From Penicillus capitatus (Eukaryota > Plantae > Chlorophyta), in assembly GCA_965649825.1 (NCBI GenBank), contig OZ287698.1, positions 449,949 to 513,948 of the forward strand: DNA of 64,000 bases. Reading direction: 5' to 3'. Under the pieces are notes generated by a model. It was given only the letters and a program-made list of their open reading frames with translations. It was not told where the DNA came from and did not search any database. Position numbers and translations under genes: made by a program. Positions within the stretch are counted from its first letter, which is position 1; each line of letters begins with the position of its first letter. Shown one piece after another: positions 51,682 to 63,000 of the stretch.

Positions 51682-53411
51682 CTACAGTTTAGCTCGAGCG
51701 TCGGTTTGAACAACAACAGATTCGGATGATGTGACGTGACGCACCGTGCGACGAATGGCCTCGCGTTGGAGTTTACCCGACGCCAAACGCGGCAAAGGAC
51801 TTCGTTGCGCCACAAAGATCTTGGGAACTTTGAAATGCGTCAGGCCATGGTCTCGGCAGTACTGCTGCAGCTCAGCAGGTGAGAGACAATGTGATGGAGA
51901 GGAGAGTGCCGAGAGGTCGATTGGAGATGACGATGTCCAGTGGATATCGCCCTTCAGTACGATATTGGCACAGAGAACTTCGCCGAAACGCATGTCTGGA
52001 ATGCCAACGACGGCGACGTCCACGATGGCGGGATGCTCGATGAGCAACGTTTCGATTTCGGTGGGGTAGATATTCTCGCCGCCACTCTTGATCATCTCTT
52101 TGAGTCTCCCGCGCAAAATGAGCGCACCGTCGGCATCGAAGCATCCCACATCGCCAGTTCTGAACCATCCTTGCTCGCCGAATGCATCGGCGGTGGCTTT
52201 CGCATCGTTCCAATATCCGATCGTGAGATGCGGGCCCTTTGCCAAGATCTCTCCAGCTGAACAAACACACCGTATACACTCCTCACACTTCATATATTGA
52301 AACGGAAGGTGTGACTTATGGGGTCGAGTTTGAGGGATGTGCCGGGAATGCGGAATCCAGCGACGAGGTGGGTAAGGTGGAGTCTGGATGAAGAGATGGG
52401 ACCGTAGTATGTCAGAGAGGATGACGCTTCTGTCATGCCATAGGCGGTATAGACAGCAGCATTCGGAAACATCATCCCAATCCACATGCTCTGTTCACAC
52501 ATTCTCACTCTTTAGCCTTCTCTTATCTCTCTCACTTGTTGCCTATTGAGACTCCCACCACCGATCAGCAGCTTTTGCACAGAAGGAAAAAACAAGGGAC
52601 GGCCGTGCTGCGTGGCTAGATCCGTTATCATGGCAGGAACGGCGATGAGACACGAGACGAAGTGTCTGGAGATGAGCGATGCCGCCTTCACTGAGCGAAA
52701 CCTCTTCATCATGACATGCCGTGCGCCGACGGTCATCATGGACAGTGCAGACACGAGCCCGCCCACGTGGAAGAGTGGAGCCGTGTGGAGATACACATCT
52801 TCATAAGCATAATGACACAAAGCGATCTTGTAGAGGAATTGAAAAGACAGAGAGCGATGTGTGAGCATCACACCCTTCGGCGCTCCAGTGCTGCCAGATG
52901 TAAAACAGATGACAGCCATATCTTTGGGAGCCCGACGACAGGGCACCTCTCCTTTACGTGCATCTGAGATCAATGTTTCGGTACAGAACCTTCCGGCGAT
53001 CGCTTCTCCGCAGCTTCCGATCACCACCGAGGTGCAGGACACCGTGTTCAGGAGGATCTCATGTGCAAGGCTAGATGCCTCATCGTCAAAGAACAGCGCA
53101 TCAGCCGACACACTTTGCAGCGCCTTCGTTGCCTCTGCGCCACTCCATCGAGTATGGATCGGGACCAGAATCCATCCGTTCCATGCACACGCCAACATAA
53201 CCTCTATTCCCTCGATCGTCGTATCACTCAACAGAGCGACCCGTGCTCCGACACTGAGTTCAAGAGTGTGACGCAGCGATGCCGCCAGGGTCATGACACG
53301 TTGCCGAAATACACATGCCGTTCGATGGTTCCCCGCATCACTGATCGCAAGAACACGGTCGACGTCGTGAAGCCACGTCGCCTGTGATAAGAAATCGCAG
53401 ATGTGCGCCAT
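51682..53411 (-). CDS. menE: o-succinylbenzoate-CoA ligase (AAE14/MenE type)
   Basis: MAHICDFL start, FTSGSTGAPKGV, LHTAPLFHVGG, AYGMTEA, WFRTGDVG, IKSGGENIYP; ends in AKL. Confidence 0.85.
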
Positions 53412-53497
53412 TGCGTCATCGCTGATGTCGAAATTGAAGGCATTACAGCGAAAGCATCGTCGTATTCGTCATAGGCTACGCAAACCCCTGTGCCACG

Positions 53498-54780
53498 ATG
53501 GAAGATCAATTGACACTTTTTAATCAGTATGAGAGCGAGTACTGCAACAAGTCCACAGACGTTGCCCGCAAGATTGACGGTCTATCATCCCTCGTCGGCG
53601 GTACGTCACATCTCTTCTCCCGCTACTCAACCTTGTTTGTACGTTCGGGTAGATTCGCGACGCCGCAAAGTCTCGGAGCTTGAGTATGAGATACGGGAGG
53701 CGGAACAGATTGTATGTTCGTTCGGGAGATTTCATGACAATGGAGTGAAGATGCTGCTGTAGATTAAACGCATGGAAATGGAGGCACGTAGCTTTGCTCC
53801 AGACAAGTCCCAGCAAGTTCTTGGCAAGATACGCGACTACAAGAGTGATCTACAAGGACTGAAGGACTCCCTCAAAGGTGCCTCCCGGGCGCCAGCTTCT
53901 TCCGGACAGAGTGCCCGCAAAGACATGGTAAGCGTGCGCGTATCGGCGATCACTCTTCTCAAAGACACCTGTCACATCATCCCAGGGACTTGGATCGGAT
54001 TACTACTCCACCACCTCTTCACAAAGAGACACGATGCTGCGTGTGACGGAACAGGCGAATCGCTCAAAGGAACGACTGCAGTACGGCAGACAGCAGCTCG
54101 CCGAAACAGAGGTATGCCTTCGATAAGACATATACGCGTTAGATACGCGGGTAGATAGACGCTTGCATTTTTGTTTGTTCGCTGGGCGATGATTGGGAAT
54201 GCGATGCCCTGGTGTTGTTTGCATCTATCGTGTCTGCTTGATCTTTGGGTGTGGTAGGCGATGGGCGCAAGTGTTTTGGAAGAACTGTCACGTCAACGCT
54301 CTTCCTTACATCGATCCACCGCTAAACTACAGGACGCTCACGAGAGTGTCAAAGACTCACAAAACACTCTTTCTCGAATGGCCAAACGATCCAAATGGTT
54401 TTTCTGGCCATGATAAACCTGCCCTCTTATCCTTTCTGCTTTCCATTTCATTGTCCCGCATTTCGTACCGCAACCAACACCCATTAGAAAACGCTGTTTC
54501 TGAGATTCTTTGAATGTGGGGTCCTGTATACGTTGCGAGGCACACGTGCTGTGTGTAGGATATCGGTGTGAGTATTCTGCAAGATCTTTCGCGTCAGAGA
54601 GAGACGATCGTCCGTGCAACGGATACACTTCATGGAGCAGGTGAGAACGTTGGCGCCGCTCGGAAGATTCTGGGATCCATGAGTCGCCGGATCACAACAA
54701 ACAAGATCACGTTGGCCATCATTGCTCTCTTTCTTCTTGTAGCCATCATCCTCGTCATTTATTTTAAGATTGCCAATTAA
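53498..54780 (+). CDS. VTI1: Qb-SNARE VTI1 (membrane-anchored isoform)
   Basis: FNQYESEYC, MEMEARS...YKSDL, QLAETE|DIGVSILQDLSRQRETI...ILGSMSRR followed by a TM helix. Confidence 0.93.
54258..54413 (+). CDS. VTI1: Alternative VTI1 terminal exon (SNARE C-half without TM anchor)
   Basis: Phase-0 acceptor ggtag| matches the donor at 54112. It encodes AMGASVLEELSRQRSSLHRSTAKLQDAHESVKDSQNTLSRMAKRSKWFFWP*, homologous to exon 54559-54780. Confidence 0.75.
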   Translation, partial: AMGASVLEELSRQRSSLHRSTAKLQDAHESVKDSQNTLSRMAKRSKWFFWP

Positions 54781-54839
54781 CAACGACAGCTGTATCACAC
54801 CACATCGCTTACAATAATGTCCAGTAAAGTGAAAGAATT

Positions 54840-55215
54840 TTAAAGAATCTTGTGGACGACGGATAGCACGAGGCCGAAGCCAAATCCAATGGTCCCCATT
54901 TGAAAGAGCTCGATCGTCCGCGATGAGAGAAGCGAGCTGCTCCCCGAGGGAGAAGGCGGACAAGGAGCATCTAAGGGCGTCGTCTCATCTGTGCAGAGAA
55001 TTGTTAAAGTGTGAGATTTTGGTGGCAGAAGAGTGACTTGTTGCTTGATTCCAGTAGTAACCTCTGCCGCTCTTTTCCTCGCGGACAAGTGTCCAGTCTC
55101 CGAGGCTACGCTGCGGCGTTAGCTGTGACTTCCACGCTGCTTCCGACCCTCGTCCAAAGGACCGCAGGGCAACGGACGTTTCTCTCAGCAGCGTGGCGGA
55201 ACGAAGCGACTGCAT
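54840..55215 (-). CDS. Small WW-like-domain protein with C-terminal TM helix (probably organellar)
   Basis: Arg/Ser-rich presequence, DWTLVREEKSGRGYYWNQAT|DETT, then GFGFGLVLSVV. Confidence 0.72.
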
Positions 55216-55217
55216 CG

Positions 55218-56454
55218 ATGGCGTCTGTGAACAATAAAGAATCGTGAGATCGAGAATCGATCTGAAAACGCTAACACAGCAGAAAAGCTCTATCGTACGA
55301 CACACTCAAACGCATCCACCGCGTCCTTTATTGACAGCCATGATGTGACAAACGCATCGATAGCTGACGACACGAACACCAAGCAGAACCTGCCCGAAGA
55401 CCACGCCATCGGAGACATGTCTAAGAATGCCGGCGATGATGGAGGCGAAGATGACGCGAGATACCCCGGCATGACGGTGATACCTATCGAAACGGTCGTC
55501 GAGAAGCCGGCGGCTGATGCCGTGAAGAAGAGACCGTTGATACCACCCCAAGTACCGGCTGGCTTTGCATGGTGTTTCTGCTCCTTCTCGATGATGTTGA
55601 CGAATAAACTGTTGCTGTCTTCTTTTGAGTTCAACGCTCCATTGTCACTGGTGTTCATCCAGTTCATCATGACGGTCGTTCTGATCGATATGGCAACGAT
55701 GATGAACGTCTTGGTCCGCGATCCACTCGATTGGCGTATCGTCCGAATCTGGTGGCCCGTGAATCTCATCTTCGTCGGTATGATTGTCTCGGGATTCTAT
55801 ACACTGAAGACATTGCAGATCCCGATGGTCACACTTTTGAAGAATCTCACCAATTTGCTGAGCATCTTGGGAGATCTCCTTGTCTTTGGCAAGCGATACT
55901 CGTTTGGCGTCTGGGCTTCGTTGGCACTCATGACGCTCTCTGCCGCCGTCGGCGCCGTTACCGATCTGCAGTTTGATCTGGTGGGGTATCTATGGATGGC
56001 TATCAACTGCATCTTGACCGCTGGCTATACTCTTTATCTCAAATTCGTTCTCAATCAAGTCGATGATGCGACGTCCAATAAAGGCCTCTCAGATATCAGC
56101 AAAGTGTATTATAATCATCTTCTAGGCCTCCCTTGGCTCCTGTTCTGTATTTTGTGGTTTGGAGAAGCGAGTGTCGTTCTGGAGCAGCCGGCGCTATACG
56201 ATTCGAATTTTCTCTTTGCCTTGGCTTTCAGTGGCCTTGTGGGATTTGGCCTCAGTTACTCGAGCATTCGGTTCATGGCCATGACAAATGTCACCACGTA
56301 CGTCATGGTGGGATCCTTCAATAAGCTCCCCACCGCTGTACTCGGATGGATTTTCTTTCAAGTCCAGACGACTGTGATGAATGTCGCCAGCGTCATCGTG
56401 GGGCTCTGCGCCGGGATCGTCTTCGTTCGCGCCAAAATCTCCAATGCAAACTGA
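55218..56454 (+). CDS. Golgi GDP-mannose-type nucleotide-sugar transporter, paralog b
   Basis: Colinear with 50615-51652 and carries GSFNK. Proposed exon 1 is 55218-55243, then intron 55244-55337, in frame with ORF 55345-56454. Confidence 0.9.
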
Positions 56455-56939
56455 ATATCTATTTACCTTTGTTGCTTCTGTATCTATGCATCTGGCGTCG
56501 GGCGATACTCACACGTCCATCTTGATAACAATTCTGCCGTTTCGGCATCGAAGCTTATGGTAAATTTCTTAGCCATGAAAAGCATGTCCCTATAGGGCAT
56601 CGGGTTCCAAATGATTTAACCGTAGAATGGAGGGAGTCTTCTCAATTGATGGCTTGTAGACATGTTTAACATCTACGTAGCCATGGTGTCCAAATCCATC
56701 ATTTTATGCACGAGATCTATGCGTGGCCATAATGTGGTACAGTCTCTATTATGTAACCCACTCTTTGTCTTATCTCACACATTGCCTTATACATCTCACT
56801 CTCTCTGAAGCATTCTGTGATTTCTGATTCCTGACGAAGTGGGTTTGAAGATGGGCGTCTATGGAGATCGATCGCATCTGGCGGAATGTCCTGTCTCCAT
56901 CTGCATTCTTTCTTCTGTGCGATATACCTTCAGCATTCG

Positions 56940-57610
56940 ATGGCGTCTTTTACCGCTGTGGTGCATGTCGACCGGAATCGGATAGATCTTCTTTAAAACA
57001 GCGTCTGTTTCTAGCGTTGCTTTGGCCTGACGTCACGGCCTGTCGTGCCCCGGTCTTCTCGCCGAACGGCGATTCGAGCCGCACCTGAAGAAAACGATAA
57101 AAAGTTCTTCGAAAACAACGCATTCGCGGTACCTATCGTCCTTTCTCTGTTCAACGAACCACCATCGGCTTACCCACAGAATCGAGGCTATTTGGAAGAC
57201 TCAGCTGGACAGGAGAACATTTTTGCCGTCCAGGCAAGCATACGCAGATTTCACACAAACACACTCACAAAGACTCTGTGCTCTGTAGCCGAAGAAGTAT
57301 GCCCAGGGTTCTGCCGTGGATGATACCACAGGTAATGCTGGGAATACCTTCTTTGGTGTGGCTGGCGCGGCACTGGCATTGGTCATCGTTGCCGCCGGAA
57401 CGACAGCTCTTTTTGTGCAAGATGCCAAAAGTACACCCAACTCCGCCACTTGCCCTCTCTCAATGCATACCCTCTGCAGCAAAATCGCCAAGTCCATTCA
57501 GTAGAGATATTTCAAATCTGTCAACGCTTTCCCAGTACAAGGCAAAATTCACGTCCGAGATTCAGCAGCAAGCATCTGTCGAAGCTCCAGATGTCCAGAC
57601 GGAAAGCTGA
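56940..57610 (+). CDS. MPH1: MPH1-like thylakoid protein (maintenance of PSII under high light)
   Basis: Transit peptide, then NRGYLEDSAGQENIFAVQ|PKKY, a single TM helix and LSTLSQYKAKF. Intron 57234-57288 is GC-AG. Confidence 0.8.
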
Positions 57611-57836
57611 ACGTCTTTTCGCACGCATTCCTTCGATCGCTGCCGGATGTTTGAGACGACAGTTAACGAGAGATATTCTTTATTGTTCTTGACAAAGAGA
57701 GTCGAAACCGGACCCATGGTTCATTTAACATCACTATACATTCATGGCTGATATGCTTGAGACAGTGCATGCCATGTAAAGATCGCCATCTCTATACCCA
57801 ACTGGATAGCAGCGTCTTTTCCAAAGAAGCAAGGAT

Positions 57837-58700
57837 TCATGTGCGCGGTGTCTTGGACGATGTGCCGGCTTTCTTTTTCTTTGGAGGCATCTCCTCCGCC
57901 CGCTTTCGTCTGAATTCTTCGTAGATCTGTTTCTCCATATCCACGAATCGCTCCTTTGCTTCTTTCTCGTCGAGGATGATGTCGTTGCAGCAGTCTCGCA
58001 TTTTGAGAAAAGCGGCAAAAGAGAACGAAGCATGCACAAAGACCATGCACATCTGTGCAGAGATAAAGTACCCTGTCGACACTCTGAAGTCACAGATATT
58101 CTGATCATAATCTCCACAGTCGCCATAGACCAAAATGACCCAGGCAAAGAGGGTCAGCGAAAAGATGACCATATCGTAGATCCACGCCCAAAAAGCAATG
58201 AAGTAGATCATTCTGGCATAGTACTTTCCACCATACTCCGATGGCGACCGTCGTCTGGAGAAGTACAGAAAACAGGCGAAGAATGCCAAGAGGCATCCGA
58301 TCGGAATGGTGATGAGACAGAGGCCAAAGATAAGAAACGTGACCAGCAGCCATCCCGCCATAACGGTCTTGCAATCGACCCAGGCCTGAGGCATCCCTTC
58401 AAACTGCAGGAGAGTATCAGATGGAGTGGATAGGGCAACGGAAGGACATGCCTCTTCGGCGGCGTCATCGCCGGTGGGGTTGATGGATTCTGTACGCTTT
58501 GACTTTTTCTTCTTCTTTTTCTTGCGTCGGCGTTTCTTTTCGGGTTCGAGAATAGGTTCCTGTTCTTCGCTGATTTCTATGACGTTGGTTCGCGAGCCTA
58601 AACCATAAGACTCCACGCGTTTTGTTTGCAAACGGCTTTGGTACGACGCACTTTCGGCAGTCGGCTGAGGAGCCTCGAGAATTGTTACCGTGCTGCTCAT
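57837..58700 (-). CDS. Four-TM membrane protein of unknown family, paralog a
   Basis: Intronless 287 aa, four hydrophobic segments, a Cys pair in the loop before TM4, and charged termini. Confidence 0.8.
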   Translation of the reverse strand: MSSTVTILEAPQPTAESASYQSRLQTKRVESYGLGSRTNVIEISEEQEPILEPEKKRRRKKKKKKKSKRTESINPTGDDAAEEACPSVALSTPSDTLLQFEGMPQAWVDCKTVMAGWLLVTFLIFGLCLITIPIGCLLAFFACFLYFSRRRSPSEYGGKYYARMIYFIAFWAWIYDMVIFSLTLFAWVILVYGDCGDYDQNICDFRVSTGYFISAQMCMVFVHASFSFAAFLKMRDCCNDIILDEKEAKERFVDMEKQIYEEFRRKRAEEMPPKKKKAGTSSKTPRT

Positions 58701-58927
58701 TTCTTCAGCGCCGCTGTCGGCAACGACGAATGCAACGCGGCCTTCTAATCGACACTCCGTTTATGGAACGGTACGCTTAAAGGACATCTCATTTTAAGAG
58801 ATTGATTGTGAATGTCATAACCAGTGCTTCTTAGGAAGCGACTCTCATCGACACTTTATAAATCTGGGCGCTTGAAGGGTGTCTTATTCAACGAGATTGA
58901 TCTTGAGTGTGTCAAAATTGATATATG

Positions 58928-59675
58928 TCAAGAAGCGGCGAGCGGCCTGTCGCGTGTCCTCTTCGATGTATTCTTGGCAGCCTGGCGTCTCTGATATTCC
59001 CTGAATCGCTCGTCCAGTTCTTGTTGTATACGTTTCTCCAGCATCTCCTCTCGCCAAATCTCTCTTCGGTAGTCACGCATGGCAAGGAAGACACTGAACG
59101 ACATGATAAAGCGTACAAGCGTAACGGCAGCACTTGAGTAGACAATCAATCCGACGATCGCTCGAGCATCACACAACGACTCTATCAGATAAACGTCGAA
59201 CGACATCATATGACTGGCGAAGGGATCGACCTGCGAAAGGACAGTCGGCAACGATGTAGAACGTGCCGATGGCGACAAGAATGACGACGCTGATGATGTC
59301 GACGCAGAGAGCAGCGAAGGCAATGTAGTGAATGCAGCATGCCGATGTCATCCCTTTGGCGTTTTTCCCCGGCTTGCAGCAGCGACAAACGTAACAGGAG
59401 CCACCCACGATGCCAAGGATCGCACCGTAGGGAAACCAGAAAATCAGAAGCGACGTCACCATGGAGTAATACGTCCATGCCACCATAATGCCGCGGCGCT
59501 CGTGCCATTGCGGCGGAAAATCCCACTAACCCCACAACGTATGCTGCAGAAAATGAAGTAACGGCAAACCCACCTGATCTTTGCGTGAAGGGGGAATAAC
59601 GACGCTACGGTCTCTGGATGTCCCAACGCGTCCGCTCTCGATATCCACATCCGCTAACGACCGACCACCCGTCAT
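58928..59675 (-). CDS. Four-TM membrane protein of unknown family, paralog b
   Basis: Two GT-AG introns join ORFs 59526-59921, 59169-59486 and 58928-59323. Aligns with paralog a (MVAW/MAGW, DC...CD, SF..FL.MRD). Confidence 0.75.
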
Positions 59676-59826
59676 ACCATACCATCGGATAGAAGGCGGA
59701 AGATACCTCGCACAAAGGGCGATTCGGGTACGAGAGGTTGCGTCGAGACGTTTGTCTTTTTCTTCTTCCCGAACGAAAACATGGCGTAACTGGACGTAAC
59801 CGCCCCTTCGTCGAAAATGATCGTCG

Positions 59827-62800
59827 TTAATAGACATGTTCTTTGAGCTTTCGAACGAGAAGATCGATTTCTTTGCGTTTGGCAATACGTCTGGATGCCC
59901 TCTGCGCTTGCCAGCCGCCAATTTCGCGATACTTCTCTAATGCCGCAATCAAGGAACGCGGACTCACTTCTGGCAGATGCTGCATGATCGTTGTCACCTC
60001 GTCTGTCAATCCTTGTCCATTGAGGATAAAGGAACAGAGCTTCCGTGGTGCCGTGATCTCTTTGGACAGTCCAGTCACGGCAAAATGCTCAGCAAACTGC
60101 TCCAAAGCTGTCAGATCTTCCAGAAGACGAGCAAAGCCGTGTTCGTTAATGTTCGCCACAGTCGTGCCGCAGAGAATATCGAGGAATCCGCTTCCGACGA
60201 GGTGCATCACCGATCGAATAACATTCTCGGAATTGGAACGCGGCATCTGTTGCTTCCCCACATCATAGACACCCTAATGATAAATCTCTCTCCAAGCAGG
60301 GTGGCGGCGCGAAAGGAAGGGCGTCATACTTGAAGGTAGATGATGAGCTCTTCGACCAGAGGCGAAGTGGCAGATGTCGGAGGAGATCGAGGAACAAAGT
60401 CCCATGTCTTGATTTGCGTGAGGAATCGATTGATTTCGTGAGAAGCGACATGCACAACGAGCCGAACGCATGCGTCCTCTAACGCACGGAGGGGCAGTTG
60501 ATAACTGGCACCACCTGTCACATCATCATTCTCAACAAACTATAGGGTTTTACATTTTTGGTTTTCTTGCTTGGCGCTTTGACGCTGGGACGACGATGGA
60601 TTGCGTTGGTGTGAGACGGTGGCGAAGTATGACCCATAAACTGTCGAAGTGTCCAGTCATCGAGGGCACCCAGTCCAATGCCAAAGGCCCACATATTAGA
60701 TACCAATTGCATGCTATCTCGTAGACTCATATCGCTGTATGCCATGCTTGTCGTTTCACTCTGGATGGTATCAAACAACACCTGATACGCACAAACACAC
60801 TTTACACATCTCAATACCACATGCCCTCTGCACCTTGAGCATCTTGTCCCGATGTTGACAAGCAGTCGTGAGGACATCTCCAGGATTGATGAGTCCCTTG
60901 AGATAGGCAATGGAATCTCGCACATATTCATGAATCGTGTAGATGAGCTGCGGGACCATTTCTGTAAAGGGGGCAAAGAAAGGAAAACGATCTGGCTTCT
61001 CATTGGGATCTGTGGAATCTGGCAGACAGAGAAGAGTGACGTACTCATGGTACATATCTTTCGATGTAATCTTTGCTGGATCCATCCGATCATCTCGCAC
61101 GATTTTGTTCACTTGACTGAGGACATGATCGTTCATGAGCGCATGGTATTTTCCCATGTTGCTGCTCAAGATCTCTTTCAGATTTGCTGCTGGATATCCC
61201 GAAATGCTCAGACCGCTGCACACCAGCAGCAGAAAATCTTTCACCAGTAACATGGCTGGGGCAGAGTTGAGTCCTTCAAAGGCAGAATCGACCACGCTCT
61301 TCAACATGACGATCGCCATTTCCCAGAACCCATCGACATCCTGCTGATGAATGAGATCATCGGCCATTCGCAGTACATTGTCTTCAATGATGAAAAATCC
61401 TGTGACCTGTGCCAAGTAAGACTGATAGACTTCCAGAAAATTTGTGGGCGGCCTCAGATCTGAGTCGATTTGCAAACGGCGTTGTTCCAGGTAATACTCT
61501 CGAAACTGCTCCATCTTCCCCAGGCGTTTGTGGACGTAAATGCATCGGTGCAGACATCGCATGTTCATGCCTGACTTGTGGGAAGATTCCATCAGAGGAA
61601 ATCCACCGGAACGTGGCTGAAACAGACTTCCTGTCATTCCCGAGCGTTCCGAGAGGACAGATGTGTGATCATCATCCTGATGACTGGGTGTTGCCGTGCC
61701 AGAAATGCTCATGACATCCATGCTCTGAAATGCAGGACGACTGCCGATCTCCGACGTCGCGTCATGCGTCCCCAAAGTCGACGAAACCAAAGGCAGTGCA
61801 TCACTCAAGGAACTGAACAAGATAGCTATCAGGGTAGCGACGAAGAAGGACGCTGTCGATAGATGTACTGTGAAGATTTGATCTGTTCAAGCACTGCCTT
61901 GCGTTCCTGGGCACACCGATCTTCATGCTGTCGGTTAATGGCTGCCTGGCGAATAGCCTGTAGACCGATCTGTCGCGCTTCGCTTCTGGCCGTGACCTAA
62001 CAGAGACGACAGAGTTCACACACTTCTCCTTTACGGAAGACTTGAGCATTTCTACCAGCCAGTCATTAAAATCTGCCACGGCCATCTGTTGAATGATGAA
62101 ACGCAGATCGTTCATGATCTCATTGAGGAAAGTGTGAAGAATGTCGCTCGTCGTGGATGCGTCATCTGCCGTTTCTCACTCACAAAAGAAGTGTGCTTCC
62201 TTAACAGACCTGCCATCTGCTGTTGAATCTCTTCTAAGATATTGAGTGCTTGATAGAGTTTGTGCTCATCGATGTCGACACTCACATCGACACATCTGTG
62301 CAGCAGACTGCATGCCCATTCCAAATTGCGCCCTGCATTCAGCAACGTATTTTCCACCTCTTGCAACTCCGCAAACTCCTTCCAACGCGTCAGCAATGCC
62401 TCTCCGGATGACTAGAGACACACATCCACCTTCTTTCTGTCCCCGTTCAAACCTCCACCTGAAGATCCGTATTGATGGCTTGGTATTCCTTAGACAAGTT
62501 CTCTGCAGATTTCTGTATGGACTCAAGCTCATCGAGTGCGGTGGTAATCGATCCAGTATTGGCCCTGATGGTCATGAAGTCCATGGGAATGTGCACTCAG
62601 TTCTGACTTGCCTGGAGAGCACGGCAGCTGATGCATCTGCCTCGTCTATCACTTTCTTCAGGCATTTCTTCACCATCTCGGAGACGGGTTCCGGAACAGA
62701 ATTGGTAGAAAAGGGAGAACCCACGTCGACTTGACCATCCAGCACTAATCGAACCTAAACAGAAATATCTGTTGAGCAGACCGCCTCAAATATGCGACAG

Positions 62801-62872
62801 GACGAGAGGCAAGAGGTCACTGCCGTCGATGGATGCTTCCACCACTTCTTCGATCTGTTTCTGCTCCTCCAT
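59827..62872 (-). CDS. SEC15: Exocyst subunit Sec15/EXOC6
   Basis: FNDWL, YYLEQRRLQI..DL, YLAQVTGFFIIED, IKTWDFVP, LALRALEDAC, NINEHGFARLLEDL..LE.FA. Intron 62565-62611 is GC-AG. Confidence 0.92.
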
Positions 62873-63000
62873 GTTTCCCAGAGAATGCGTACGCATCGCC
62901 ACGTTGTGCGTCATCTAGACGGTCGAAGAGATGACGTCACATCAACGATTTCTGCGTTTTTGCCCATTCGGCCGCCAAAGAGTGCCCGTTTGTTTTTTAC

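Noticed and set aside
49016-53411. PEX2 near PTS1-bearing MenE as a peroxisomal gene cluster
   Set aside because: Only two genes, separated by a Golgi transporter, in a region of functionally mixed neighbours; likely coincidence.
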